Origin: a virus | Taxonomy: Duplodnaviria > Heunggongvirae > Uroviricota > Caudoviricetes | IMG/VR virus record: IMGVR_UViG_2737471869_000025 | Length of the DNA: 32,991 nt | Strand: one strand, 5' to 3' | Part shown: piece by piece, positions 17,764-26,959 of the stretch | Layout of the letters: each line of letters opens with the position of its first letter | Position numbering within the stretch: position 1 is the stretch's first letter | The notes under the pieces: generated by a model | Database searches by the model: none | What the model was told of the DNA's origin: nothing | The model's input: only the letters and a program-made list of their open reading frames with translations | Translations under genes and position numbers: made by a program

Positions 17764-18189
17764 ATGAAGAAATTATCCCTTTCACTGATGCTGAACGTGT
17801 CGCTGGCGCTGATGCTGGCACTGTCCCTGATTTACCCGCAGAGCGTGGCCGTCAGTTTTGTCGCCACCTGGGCGATTCTGGCGACGGTTATCTGTGTGGT
17901 TGCCGGTGGTGTCGGCGTGTATGCCACTGAGTATGTGCTGGAACGCTACGGGCGGGAGCTGCCGCCGGAATCGCTGGCCGTGAAGATTGTCACGCCGCTG
18001 TTTTTGCAGCCGGTGCCGTGGCGCAGACGGGCGGCGGCTCTGGTGGTGATGGTGGCGACGTTTATCTCGCTGGTTGCCGCCGGGTGGATTTTTACTGCAC
18101 TGATTTATCTCGTGGCGTCGCTGTTTTTCCGGCTGATACGTAAAGCCTGTCGTCAGCGTCTTGAGGGGCGGGAACTATGTCAAAGCTGA
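17764..18189 (+). CDS. lysA: Lysis timing protein LysA (membrane protein)
   Basis: 141 aa, several TM segments; matches P2 LysA as recalled. Confidence 0.9.
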   Translation: MKKLSLSLMLNVSLALMLALSLIYPQSVAVSFVATWAILATVICVVAGGVGVYATEYVLERYGRELPPESLAVKIVTPLFLQPVPWRRRAAALVVMVATFISLVAAGWIFTALIYLVASLFFRLIRKACRQRLEGRELCQS

Positions 18190-18602
18190 TGATTGTGCTG
18201 GTTGTGTTGTTATCACTGGCGGTAGCGGCGCTGTTTCTGGCGAAGCATGAAAACGCCAGCCTGCGCACCTCACTGGACAGGGCGAGCAACGTCGCCAACG
18301 GGCAGCAGACGACCATCACCATGCTGAAAAATCAGCTTCATGTTGCCCTCACCAGGGCAGACAAAAACGAGCTGGCGCAGGTGGCACTGCGTCAGGAACT
18401 GGAAAACGCCGCGAAGCGTGAAGCACAGCGCGAGAAAGCCATCACGAGGTTACTTAATGAAAACGAAGATTTTCGCCGCTGGTATGGCGCTGACCTGCCT
18501 GATGCTGTGCGCCGGTTGCACCAGCGCCCCGCCTGCACCGACGCCAGTGATTGTCCACAACGCCTGCCCGAAAGTGAGCCTTTGCCCGATGCCGGGCAGT
18601 GA
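18177..18602 (+). CDS. lysB: LysB (Rz-like inner-membrane spanin)
   Basis: 141 aa, N-terminal TM then coiled-coil-like region; matches P2 LysB as recalled. Confidence 0.9.
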   Translation: MSKLMIVLVVLLSLAVAALFLAKHENASLRTSLDRASNVANGQQTTITMLKNQLHVALTRADKNELAQVALRQELENAAKREAQREKAITRLLNENEDFRRWYGADLPDAVRRLHQRPACTDASDCPQRLPESEPLPDAGQ

Positions 18603-18747
18603 CCCGCAGACGAACGGCGATTTAAGTGCTGATATCCGGCAGCTTGAGAACGCGCTGGCACGCTGTGCCAGCCAGGTGAAAATGATTAAACACTGTCAGG
18701 ACGAAAACGATGCTCAAACCCGACAGCCTGCGCAGGGCGCTGACTGA
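18457..18747 (+). CDS. lysC: LysC (Rz1-like outer-membrane lipoprotein spanin), nested in a different frame of lysB
   Basis: ATG at 18457 gives MKTKIFAAGMALTCLMLCAGC with an LCAGC lipobox, 96 aa; begins inside lysB and extends past its stop. Confidence 0.85.
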   Translation: MKTKIFAAGMALTCLMLCAGCTSAPPAPTPVIVHNACPKVSLCPMPGSDPQTNGDLSADIRQLENALARCASQVKMIKHCQDENDAQTRQPAQGAD

Positions 18748-19177
18748 TGCCGTCACGGTGCTGAAAACCAGTCCAGAGATGCTGCGGATATTCGTGGATA
18801 ACGGGAGTATTGCCTCCACGCTGGCGACGTCGCTGTCGTTCGAAAAGCGTTACACGCTCAATGTCATTGTGACCGACTTTACCGGTGATTTTGACCTGCT
18901 CATTGTGCCGGTGCTGGCGTGGCTGCGGGAAAATCAGCCCGACATCATGACCACTGACGAAGGTCAGAAAAAGGGCTTCACGTTTTATGCAGACATCAAC
19001 AATGACAGCAGCTTTGATATCAGTATCAGCCTGATGCTGACCGAGCGCACGCTGGTCAGTGAGGTGGACGGCGCACTGCATGTGAAGAATATCCCGGAAC
19101 CTCCGCCGCCGGAGCCGGTCACCCGCCCGGTGGAGCTGTATATCAATGGCGAACTGGCGAGCAAGTGGGATGAATGA
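18710..19177 (+). CDS. R: Tail completion protein R
   Basis: 155 aa, matches P2 gpR as recalled. Confidence 0.92.
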   Translation: MLKPDSLRRALTDAVTVLKTSPEMLRIFVDNGSIASTLATSLSFEKRYTLNVIVTDFTGDFDLLIVPVLAWLRENQPDIMTTDEGQKKGFTFYADINNDSSFDISISLMLTERTLVSEVDGALHVKNIPEPPPPEPVTRPVELYINGELASKWDE

Positions 19178-19622
19178 GTTTAAGCGTTTTGAAGACCGGC
19201 TGGCCGGACTGACTGAATCGCTGTCGCCGTCAGGGCGTCGGCGACTGAGTGCCGAACTGGCGAAGCGCCTGCGGCAGAGTCAGCAGCGCCGGGTGATGGC
19301 ACAGAAAGCCCCGGACGGCACACCCTACGTGCCACGCCAGCAGCAGAGCGCCAGAAAAAAGACCGGTCGTGTTAAGCGAAAAATGTTTGCGAAACTTATC
19401 ACCAGTCGTTTTTTGCATATCCGCGCCAGCCCTGAACAGGCATCAATGGAGTTTTACGGCGGGAAGTCACCGAAAATAGCCAGTGTGCATCAGTTCGGTC
19501 TGTCGGAAGAAACCCGGAAAGACGGTAAGAAAATTGATTATCCGGCGCGTCCTCTGCTCGGCTTTACCGGTGAGGATGTGCAGATGATTGAAGAGATTAT
19601 CCTGGCTCACCTCGACCGTTAG
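19170..19622 (+). CDS. S: Tail completion protein S
   Basis: Start at ATG 19170 (MNEFKRFEDRL, 150 aa); matches P2 gpS as recalled. Confidence 0.92.
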   Translation: MNEFKRFEDRLAGLTESLSPSGRRRLSAELAKRLRQSQQRRVMAQKAPDGTPYVPRQQQSARKKTGRVKRKMFAKLITSRFLHIRASPEQASMEFYGGKSPKIASVHQFGLSEETRKDGKKIDYPARPLLGFTGEDVQMIEEIILAHLDR

Positions 19623-19688
19623 TTGTGCCATTCCCGACACCTCATCGTTACATTGCCGCCGGTATGACCCGGCGGCATCCTTCCCGTT

Positions 19689-20324
19689 ATGAACACTCTC
19701 GCAAATATCCAGGAACTCGCGCGCGCACTGCGCAACATGATCCGCACCGGCCTTGTCGTCGAAACCAACCTTAAAGCCGGTCGCTGCCGTGTGCAGACCG
19801 GCGGCATGTGCACCGACTGGCTTCAGTGGCTGACCTGTCGTGCCGGGCGTTCGCGCACATGGTGGGCACCTTCCGTGGGGGAGCAGGTGCTGATTCTGGC
19901 CGTGGGCGGTGAACTTGACACGGCGTTTGTTCTGCCGGGGATTTATTCCGGCGATAACCCCGCGCCGTCTGCGTCGGCGGATGCCCTGCATATCCGTTTC
20001 CCTGACGGGGCGGTGATTGAGTATGAACCCGAAACCAGTGCACTCACGGTAAGCGGAATTAAAACGGCCAGCGTGACGGCTTCTGATTCTGTTACTGCCA
20101 CGGTGCCGGTGGTCATGGTGAAAGCATCAACCCGCGTCACCCTGGACACACCGGAGGTAGTCTGCACCAACAGGCTGATTACCGGCACGCTGGAAGTGCA
20201 GAAGGGCGGGACGATGCGCGGCAACATTGAACACACCGGCGGTGAACTCTCATCAAACGGTAAGGTACTGCATACCCATAAACACCCCGGCGACAGCGGC
20301 GGCACAACCGGGAGCCCTCTATGA
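19689..20324 (+). CDS. V: Baseplate spike protein
   Basis: 211 aa, matches P2 gpV as recalled. Confidence 0.93.
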   Translation: MNTLANIQELARALRNMIRTGLVVETNLKAGRCRVQTGGMCTDWLQWLTCRAGRSRTWWAPSVGEQVLILAVGGELDTAFVLPGIYSGDNPAPSASADALHIRFPDGAVIEYEPETSALTVSGIKTASVTASDSVTATVPVVMVKASTRVTLDTPEVVCTNRLITGTLEVQKGGTMRGNIEHTGGELSSNGKVLHTHKHPGDSGGTTGSPL

Positions 20325-20668
20325 CAGCGCGTTATCTCGGAATGAATCGCAGTGATGGCCTGACTGTCACTGACCTTGAGCATATCAGCCAGAGTATCGG
20401 CGATATCCTGCGCACACCGGTCGGCTCACGGGTGATGCGTCGTGATTACGGCTCGTTGCTGGCGTCAATGATTGACCAGCCGCAGACCCCGGCGCTTGAG
20501 TTGCAGATTAAGGTCGCCTGTTACATGGCGGTGCTGAAATGGGAACCCCGCGTCACCCTGTCATCCGTCACCACTGAGCGCAGTTTTGACGGGCGAATGA
20601 CAGTTACGTTAACCGGCCAGCACAACGACACCGGCCAGCCACTTTCGTTAACCATCCCTGTGAGTTGA
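20321..20668 (+). CDS. W: Baseplate protein W (gp25-like)
   Basis: 115 aa, matches P2 gpW as recalled. Confidence 0.93.
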   Translation: MTARYLGMNRSDGLTVTDLEHISQSIGDILRTPVGSRVMRRDYGSLLASMIDQPQTPALELQIKVACYMAVLKWEPRVTLSSVTTERSFDGRMTVTLTGQHNDTGQPLSLTIPVS

Positions 20669-20672
20669 AACC

Positions 20673-21581
20673 ATGCCGATTATCGACCTGAACCAGCTAC
20701 CTGCACCGGATGTGGTCGAGGAGCTGGACTTTGAAACCATTCTTGCCGAACGCAAGGCGACACTGATTTCCCTTTACCCGGAAGACCAGCAGGAGGCGGT
20801 CGCCCGTACCCTGACGCTGGAATCTGAGCCTCTCGTCAAACTGCTGGAGGAAAATGCTTATCGTGAGCTTATCTGGCGTCAGCGTGTGAATGAGGCCGCA
20901 CGGGCGGTAATGCTGGCCTGTGCCGCCGGTAATGACCTTGATGTGATTGGTGCCAATTACAACACCACACGCCTGATTATCACCCCGGCAGACGATTCGA
21001 CCATCCCGCCGACACCGGCAGTGATGGAATCTGATACTGATTATCGTCTGCGTATTCAGCAGGCGTTTGAAGGTTTAAGCGTCGCCGGGTCGGTGGGGGC
21101 CTATCAGTATCATGGTCGCAGTGCCGACGGGCGTGTCGCGGATATTTCTGTCACCAGTCCGTCTCCGGCCTGCGTCACCATCTCTGTGCTGTCACGTGAA
21201 AATAACGGTGTTGCATCCGAAGATCTGCTGGCCGTGGTGCGTAACGCCCTTAATGGCGAGGACGTCAGGCCGGTGGCCGACCGTGTGACCGTGCAGTCTG
21301 CCGCCATTGTTGAATACCAGATAAACGCCACGCTTTACCTTTACCCAGGCCCCGAAAGCGAACCCATCCGCGCTGCCGCCGTGAAAAAACTGGAAGCGTA
21401 TATCACGGCACAGCACCGGCTGGGGCGCGACATCCGTCTGTCTGCCATTTATGCCGCCTTGCATGTTGAAGGTGTGCAGCGTGTCGAGCTGGCTGCACCG
21501 CTGGCCGACATCGTGCTCAACAATACGCAGGCGTCTTTCTGTACCGAATACAGCGTCGTGACCGGAGGCCCGGATGAGTGA
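20673..21581 (+). CDS. J: Baseplate protein J
   Basis: 302 aa, matches P2 gpJ as recalled. Confidence 0.93.
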   Translation: MPIIDLNQLPAPDVVEELDFETILAERKATLISLYPEDQQEAVARTLTLESEPLVKLLEENAYRELIWRQRVNEAARAVMLACAAGNDLDVIGANYNTTRLIITPADDSTIPPTPAVMESDTDYRLRIQQAFEGLSVAGSVGAYQYHGRSADGRVADISVTSPSPACVTISVLSRENNGVASEDLLAVVRNALNGEDVRPVADRVTVQSAAIVEYQINATLYLYPGPESEPIRAAAVKKLEAYITAQHRLGRDIRLSAIYAALHVEGVQRVELAAPLADIVLNNTQASFCTEYSVVTGGPDE

Positions 21582-22185
21582 TTCGCGACTGCTGCCGACC
21601 GGCTCATCACCGCTTGAAGTTGCCGCCGCAAAAGCCTGTGCGGAAATTGAAAAAACACCGGTCAGTATTCGTGAGCTGTGGAACCCGGACACCTGCCCGG
21701 CAAATCTGCTGCCGTGGCTGGCGTGGTCATTTTCGGTTGACCGCTGGGATGATAAGTGGCCGGAAGCGACAAAACGCGCTGTTATCCGCGATGCGTATTT
21801 CATTCACTGCCATAAGGGCACTATAGGCGCAATCCGGCGTGTGGTGGAGCCGCTCGGCTATCTGATTGAGGTGAGGGAGTGGTGGCAGCTCAACGAGGAG
21901 CCGGGGACATTCCGCATCGTTGTTGGCGTGCTTGAGCAAGGTATTACCGAGGAAATGTATCAGGAGCTGGAGCGCCTCGTTGCTGATGCAAAACCGGCAA
22001 GCCGCCATCTGACGGGACTGGCTATCAGTTTAAGTACAACCGGCAACATTTTTGCCGGTGCGGGATGCTATCACGGTGACGCCCTGACGGTTTATCCCTA
22101 CACCCCGGAGGCCATTATTGTCGGAGGGGATTATTTCCCGGCCTCGGCCATTCATTTAATTGATAACCTGAGAGTAAACGCATGA
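21574..22185 (+). CDS. I: Baseplate/tail protein I
   Basis: 203 aa; N-terminal two thirds match P2 gpI as recalled, C-terminal part differs and is longer. Confidence 0.88.
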   Translation: MSDSRLLPTGSSPLEVAAAKACAEIEKTPVSIRELWNPDTCPANLLPWLAWSFSVDRWDDKWPEATKRAVIRDAYFIHCHKGTIGAIRRVVEPLGYLIEVREWWQLNEEPGTFRIVVGVLEQGITEEMYQELERLVADAKPASRHLTGLAISLSTTGNIFAGAGCYHGDALTVYPYTPEAIIVGGDYFPASAIHLIDNLRVNA

Positions 22186-23588
22186 CAGTGAAATACTACG
22201 CCATTCTGACTAATCAGGGCGCAGCACGGCTGGCTAACGCGACGATGCTCGGCAGTAAGCTGAATCTGACGCAAATGGCCGTTGGTGATGCGAATGGTGT
22301 CTTGCCGACACCAGACCCGGCACAGACAAAACTGATTAACCAGAAACGCATCGCGCCGCTGAATCTTCTGAGTGTTGACCCGAACAACCAGAGCCAGATT
22401 ATTGCGGAGCAAATCATCCCTGAGAACGAGGGCGGATTCTGGATCCGTGAGATTGGGCTTTATGATGATGAAGGCGTACTCATTGCGGTGGCAAACTGCC
22501 CGGAAACGTACAAACCGCAGTTGCAGGAAGGAAGCGGTCGTACCCAGACTATCCGCATGATTCTGGTTGTCTCGAATACCGAAGCCATCACGCTGAAAAT
22601 CGACCCGTCGGTGGTACTGGCGACCCGTAAATACGTGGATGATGAAGTCCTGGAATTAAGGCTGTATGTGGATGACCAGATGAGAAACCACATTGCCGCA
22701 CAGGATCCTCATACCCAGTATGCACAGAAACATAATCCGACATTTACCGGAGAACCAAAAGCGCCGACGCCTGCCGCAGGAAATAACACCACGCGGATTG
22801 CGACTACTGCGTTTGTTCAGGCCGCTATTACCGCTCTGATTAACGGTGCGCCAGCCACGCTGGACACACTGAAAGAAATTGCCGCAGCCATTAACAATGA
22901 CCCGAAATTCAGCACCACCATTAACAATGCGCTGGCACTGAAAGCGCCGCTGTCGAGTCCCGCACTTACCGGAACGCCAACAGCACCTACTGCGGCACAG
23001 TCGGTCAACAATACACAGATTGCCACCACGGCTTTTGTGAAATCAGCAATTGCGGCAATGGTGGGTTCTGCCCCTGCGGCACTGGATACACTGAATGAAC
23101 TGGCGGCGGCGCTGGGGAATGACCCTAACTTTTCAACAACAGTGCTTAATGCACTGGCAGGCAAACAACCGCTGGACAATACGCTTACTAATTTGAGTGG
23201 AAAGGATGTTGCTGGTCTTCTCGCATACCTTGGTTTGGGAGAAGCGGCAAAAAGGGATGTTGGCACAGGTGCAAATCAGATCCCTGATATGAGTTCGTGG
23301 ACAAAGGGAATCTCAACGGATGCAATCTGGATCAGGTTTCCAGACGGGACAATTATCCAGATGGGGGCGATTGGAGCTTCAAACACAGATATTACCTTTC
23401 CCATACCGTTTCCATCACAGTGCATGATTTTTATAGCAATGCCACGTAGTTCAGCATCAACGGCTTTCATTGGCACTGTTCAGGAGGACTCATTACGTCG
23501 GTCCAGAACAGGGACACGAGTGCTGGGTTTTAGCGGCGTAACGCCAGTAACGACAGCTGCTTTCGGCTATTTAGCGATCGGAAGATAA
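22182..23588 (+). CDS. H: Tail fiber protein (H-like, mosaic)
   Basis: 468 aa; conserved tail-fiber N-terminal core (FWIREIGLYDDEGVLIAVAN) and two tandem ~54-aa repeats, with a divergent C-terminal receptor-binding part; shorter than the P2 H I recall. Confidence 0.85.
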   Translation: MTVKYYAILTNQGAARLANATMLGSKLNLTQMAVGDANGVLPTPDPAQTKLINQKRIAPLNLLSVDPNNQSQIIAEQIIPENEGGFWIREIGLYDDEGVLIAVANCPETYKPQLQEGSGRTQTIRMILVVSNTEAITLKIDPSVVLATRKYVDDEVLELRLYVDDQMRNHIAAQDPHTQYAQKHNPTFTGEPKAPTPAAGNNTTRIATTAFVQAAITALINGAPATLDTLKEIAAAINNDPKFSTTINNALALKAPLSSPALTGTPTAPTAAQSVNNTQIATTAFVKSAIAAMVGSAPAALDTLNELAAALGNDPNFSTTVLNALAGKQPLDNTLTNLSGKDVAGLLAYLGLGEAAKRDVGTGANQIPDMSSWTKGISTDAIWIRFPDGTIIQMGAIGASNTDITFPIPFPSQCMIFIAMPRSSASTAFIGTVQEDSLRRSRTGTRVLGFSGVTPVTTAAFGYLAIGR

Positions 23589-23591
23589 ATA

Positions 23592-24035
23592 ATGACTCAT
23601 TATTACTACAGTGCGTCTGAAAACGCGTTTTTTCCCGCAGTGCTGGAAGAACAGTACAAAAAGGCTGGCACATTCCCGGATGATGCCAGGGAGGTTGATG
23701 CTGATGTGGCCGTTACTTTTATAGGGAATCCGCCTGATGGCAAAATTCGTATTGCCGGGAGTGACGGGATGCCGAGGTGGGGAGATATTCCACCACCAAC
23801 CCATGCAGAAATTATTGCTGAGGCTGAACGAGAAAAACAACGCCGTATTGATGTCGCAAACGAATTCATGAATAACAAGCAGTGGCCCGGTAAAGCCGCT
23901 ATTGGTCGTCTGAAAGGTGACGAACTGGCGCAATATAATTTGTGGCTGGATTACCTGGACGCACTGGAACTGGTCGATACTTCCAGTGCGCCAGATAATG
24001 AATGGCCTACGCCTCCGGCAGTTCAGGCCAGATGA
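23592..24035 (+). CDS. G: Tail fiber assembly protein (Tfa)
   Basis: 147 aa with the conserved Tfa C-terminal region (LWLDYLDALELVDTSSAPDNEWPTPP); directly downstream of H. Confidence 0.88.
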   Translation: MTHYYYSASENAFFPAVLEEQYKKAGTFPDDAREVDADVAVTFIGNPPDGKIRIAGSDGMPRWGDIPPPTHAEIIAEAEREKQRRIDVANEFMNNKQWPGKAAIGRLKGDELAQYNLWLDYLDALELVDTSSAPDNEWPTPPAVQAR

Positions 24036-24420
24036 CATCCGGCGCGGTGCTGGTATCTGTTGCCGTCACCGCGTCAGTGTAATCCAGCACGGCGTTAAGT
24101 CGGGTTGTTTCTGCCTGCGTCAACTTCCGTCCGGCCTGTAATTTCAGCTGAATCAGACTAATGGAAGCCATTGCTGCATCAATCAGTGACTGGCGCTGTG
24201 CTTCTGCTGCATCTACTGCTGCGCCGTGCTGTGCCTCGGTATCTGTCACCCATTTCTCACCATTCCATTCATCGTATGGCGTTAACGGGGCGATAGTGGT
24301 TGTATTTTCAGGATAATCACCCGGAGCTGTGATTTCTTTCGATTCTCCTGTTTCGGTGCTATAGACGATTTCACCGCGATGATCTGGCACATATTCCCAT
24401 GAATTTAAATCTACAGAGCG
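24007..24420 (-). pseudogene. Inverted, 5'-truncated second tail fiber assembly gene (Tfa' remnant)
   Basis: Minus-strand ORF 24007..24531 has Tfa-like sequence only in its C-terminal ~135 aa (WEYVPDHRGEIVY...LDYTDAVTATDTSTAPDVIWPELP); the first ~37 codons are antisense of the invertase remnant. Confidence 0.6.
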
Positions 24421-24454
24421 ACAGATTGCATAACCAGCTTTATGTGTACCTGGT

Positions 24455-24703
24455 GCATCCGAGCGGACACGCGCCGGACTGGAAGCGGCCAGAGCCAAAG
24501 GCCGTATTGGTGGCAGACGTCCGAAACTCACCGCGAGTGAGTGGGAGCAGGTCGGACGGTTGCTGGCTGCGGGGGAATCTCGTCAACGTGTGGCGTTGAT
24601 TTTTGATATTGGCCTGTCCACGCTCTATAAAAAATTCCCCTCATCAGCGACAAAGAATAAATTGTGTCATCCCTTAGCCAACCGGGACAAATAGCCTGAC
24701 ATC
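24455..24703 (+). pseudogene. 3' fragment of a Gin/Pin/Hin-family serine DNA invertase (C-terminal HTH domain only)
   Basis: In-frame translation ERTRAGLEAARAKGRIGGRRPKLTASEWEQVGRLLAAGESRQRVALIFDIGLSTLYKKF resembles the invertase C-terminus; no catalytic N-terminal domain and no start codon; not in the ORF track. Confidence 0.65.
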
Positions 24704-24753
24704 TCCGGCACAACTGAAAATACCACTCACCCATTAACCACGGAGTTAAACGG

Positions 24754-25944
24754 ATGAGTGACTATCATCACGGCGTGCAGGTGCTGGAGATTAACGACGG
24801 CACCCGCGTCATTTCCACTGTATCCACGGCCATTGTCGGCATGGTCTGCACGGCCAGCGATGCGGATGCGGAAACCTTCCCCATCAATAAACCGGTGCTG
24901 ATTACCAATGTGCAGAGCGCAATTGCAAAGGCTGGTAAAAAAGGCACGCTGGCGGCATCGTTGCAGGCCATCGCCGACCAGTCAAAACCGGTCACCGTTG
25001 TCGTGCGTGTGGAAGACGGCACCGGCGACGACGAGGAAACGAAACTCGCGCAGACCGTTTCCAATATCATCGGCACCACCGACGAAAACGGTCAGTACAC
25101 CGGACTGAAAGCCCTGCTGGCGGCGGAGTCGGTAACCGGTGTTAAACCGCGTATTCTCGGCGTGCCGGGACTGGACACCAAAGAGGTGGCTGTTGCACTG
25201 GCATCAGTCTGTCAGAAGCTGCGCGCTTTCGGGTATATCAGCGCATGGGGCTGTAAAACCATTTCCGAGGTGAAAGCCTACCGTCAGAATTTCAGCCAGC
25301 GTGAGCTGATGGTCATCTGGCCGGATTTCCTCGCATGGGATACGGTTGCCAGTACCACCGCCACCGCGTATGCCACCGCTCGTGCGCTGGGTCTGCGCGC
25401 TAAAATCGACCAGGAGCAGGGCTGGCATAAAACGCTGTCCAATGTCGGGGTGAACGGTGTTACCGGCATCAGCGCCTCTGTATTCTGGGATTTGCAGGAG
25501 TCCGGCACCGATGCTGACCTGCTGAACGAGGCAGGTGTCACTACGCTGATTCGCCGCGACGGTTTCCGCTTCTGGGGGAACCGTACCTGCTCTGATGACC
25601 CGCTGTTCCTCTTTGAAAACTACACCCGCACCGCGCAGGTGCTGGCCGACACGATGGCTGAGGCGCACATGTGGGCGGTGGACAAGCCCATCACCGCAAC
25701 GCTGATTCGCGACATCGTTGACGGCATCAATGCCAAATTCCGTGAGCTGAAAACAAACGGCTATATCGTGGATGCGACCTGCTGGTTCAGCGAAGAATCC
25801 AACGATGCGGAAACCCTCAAGGCCGGAAAACTGTATATCGACTATGACTATACCCCGGTGCCTCCTCTCGAAAACCTGACCCTGCGCCAGCGTATTACTG
25901 ATAAATACCTGGCAAATCTGGTCACCTCGGTTAACAGCAATTAA
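24754..25944 (+). CDS. FI: Tail sheath protein
   Basis: 396 aa, matches P2 gpFI as recalled. Confidence 0.95.
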   Translation: MSDYHHGVQVLEINDGTRVISTVSTAIVGMVCTASDADAETFPINKPVLITNVQSAIAKAGKKGTLAASLQAIADQSKPVTVVVRVEDGTGDDEETKLAQTVSNIIGTTDENGQYTGLKALLAAESVTGVKPRILGVPGLDTKEVAVALASVCQKLRAFGYISAWGCKTISEVKAYRQNFSQRELMVIWPDFLAWDTVASTTATAYATARALGLRAKIDQEQGWHKTLSNVGVNGVTGISASVFWDLQESGTDADLLNEAGVTTLIRRDGFRFWGNRTCSDDPLFLFENYTRTAQVLADTMAEAHMWAVDKPITATLIRDIVDGINAKFRELKTNGYIVDATCWFSEESNDAETLKAGKLYIDYDYTPVPPLENLTLRQRITDKYLANLVTSVNSN

Positions 25945-25956
25945 GGAGCCTGACCG

Positions 25957-26475
25957 ATGGCAATGCCGCGCAAACTCAAGTTAATGAACGTCTTTCTGAA
26001 CGGCTACAGCTATCAGGGCGTCGCGAAGTCCGTCACGCTACCAAAACTGACCCGTAAGCTCGAAAACTATCGCGGTGCGGGGATGAACGGCAGCGCACCG
26101 GTAGACCTCGGCCTTGATGACGATGCGCTGTCAATGGAGTGGTCGCTCGGTGGCTTCCCGGATTCGGTTATCTGGGAGCTTTACGCCGCAACCGGCGTGG
26201 ATGCCGTGCCGATTCGTTTTGCAGGCTCTTATCAGCGTGACGATACCGGCGAAACGGTGGCCGTCGAAGTGGTCATGCGTGGCCGTCAGAAAGAAATCGA
26301 CACCGGTGAGGGTAAACAGGGAGAAGACACCGAGTCGAAAATCTCCGTGGTCTGCACCTATTTCCGGCTGACGATGGACGGTAAGGAGCTGGTCGAAATC
26401 GACACCATCAACATGATTGAGAAGGTGAACGGCGTCGACCGGCTGGAGCAACACCGCCGCAATATCGGCCTGTGA
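25957..26475 (+). CDS. FII: Tail tube protein
   Basis: 172 aa, matches P2 gpFII as recalled. Confidence 0.95.
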   Translation: MAMPRKLKLMNVFLNGYSYQGVAKSVTLPKLTRKLENYRGAGMNGSAPVDLGLDDDALSMEWSLGGFPDSVIWELYAATGVDAVPIRFAGSYQRDDTGETVAVEVVMRGRQKEIDTGEGKQGEDTESKISVVCTYFRLTMDGKELVEIDTINMIEKVNGVDRLEQHRRNIGL

Positions 26476-26531
26476 TTTTCATCCGGTCAGCCTGGCTGAC
26501 CGGTTAACCCCGATTCAGAAGTGAGAAAACC

Positions 26532-26807
26532 ATGAACAAAGAAAATGTGATTACCCTGGACAATCCGGTCAAGCGTGGTGAGCAGGTTATCGAACAGGTC
26601 ACGCTGATGAAACCTAATGCCGGGACGCTGCGCGGTGTCAGTCTGGCTGCGGTCGCAAACTCCGAAGTCGATGCACTGATTAAAGTGCTGCCGCGCATGA
26701 CGGCACCGATGCTGACCGAGCAGGAGGTCGCCGCACTGGAACTGCCTGACCTTGTGGCGCTGGCCGGTAAGGTGGTCGGTTTTTTGTCGCCGAACTCGGT
26801 GCAGTGA
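26532..26807 (+). CDS. E: Tail assembly chaperone E
   Basis: 91 aa, matches P2 gpE as recalled; contains the T6G slippery site near its 3' end. Confidence 0.9.
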   Translation: MNKENVITLDNPVKRGEQVIEQVTLMKPNAGTLRGVSLAAVANSEVDALIKVLPRMTAPMLTEQEVAALELPDLVALAGKVVGFLSPNSVQ

Positions 26808-26959
26808 CGTTCCCGAAAAATCTCTCGGTCGATGACCTGATGGCGGATGTGGCAGTGATATTTCACTGGCCGCCATCAGAACTGTATCCCATGAGCCTGA
26901 CCGAACTCATCACATGGCGCGAAAAGGCGCTCCGGCGAAGCGGAAACACGAATGAGTAA
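26532..26959 (+). CDS. E': E+E' tail chaperone made by programmed -1 frameshift
   Basis: Slippery GGTTTTTTG near 26779..26787; the -1 frame continues open (...LSVDDLMADVAVIFHWPPSELYPMSLTELITWREKALRRSGNTNE) to a TAA overlapping the T start; same arrangement as P2 E/E' and lambda G/GT. Confidence 0.75.

Noticed and set aside
19623-19688. Precise Ogr-dependent late promoter call upstream of V
   Set aside because: A TGT...ACA dyad is present but with about 10-bp rather than the expected 12-bp spacing by my count; I could not place the site confidently, so no feature is reported.
21192-21803. 203-aa minus-strand ORF spanning the J/I junction
   Set aside because: Antisense to two conserved baseplate genes; no independent support.
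24399-24599. 66-aa ORF on the plus strand
   Set aside because: It is in a different frame from the invertase homology and overlaps antisense Tfa' sequence; the meaningful reading here is the start-less invertase fragment, not this ORF.
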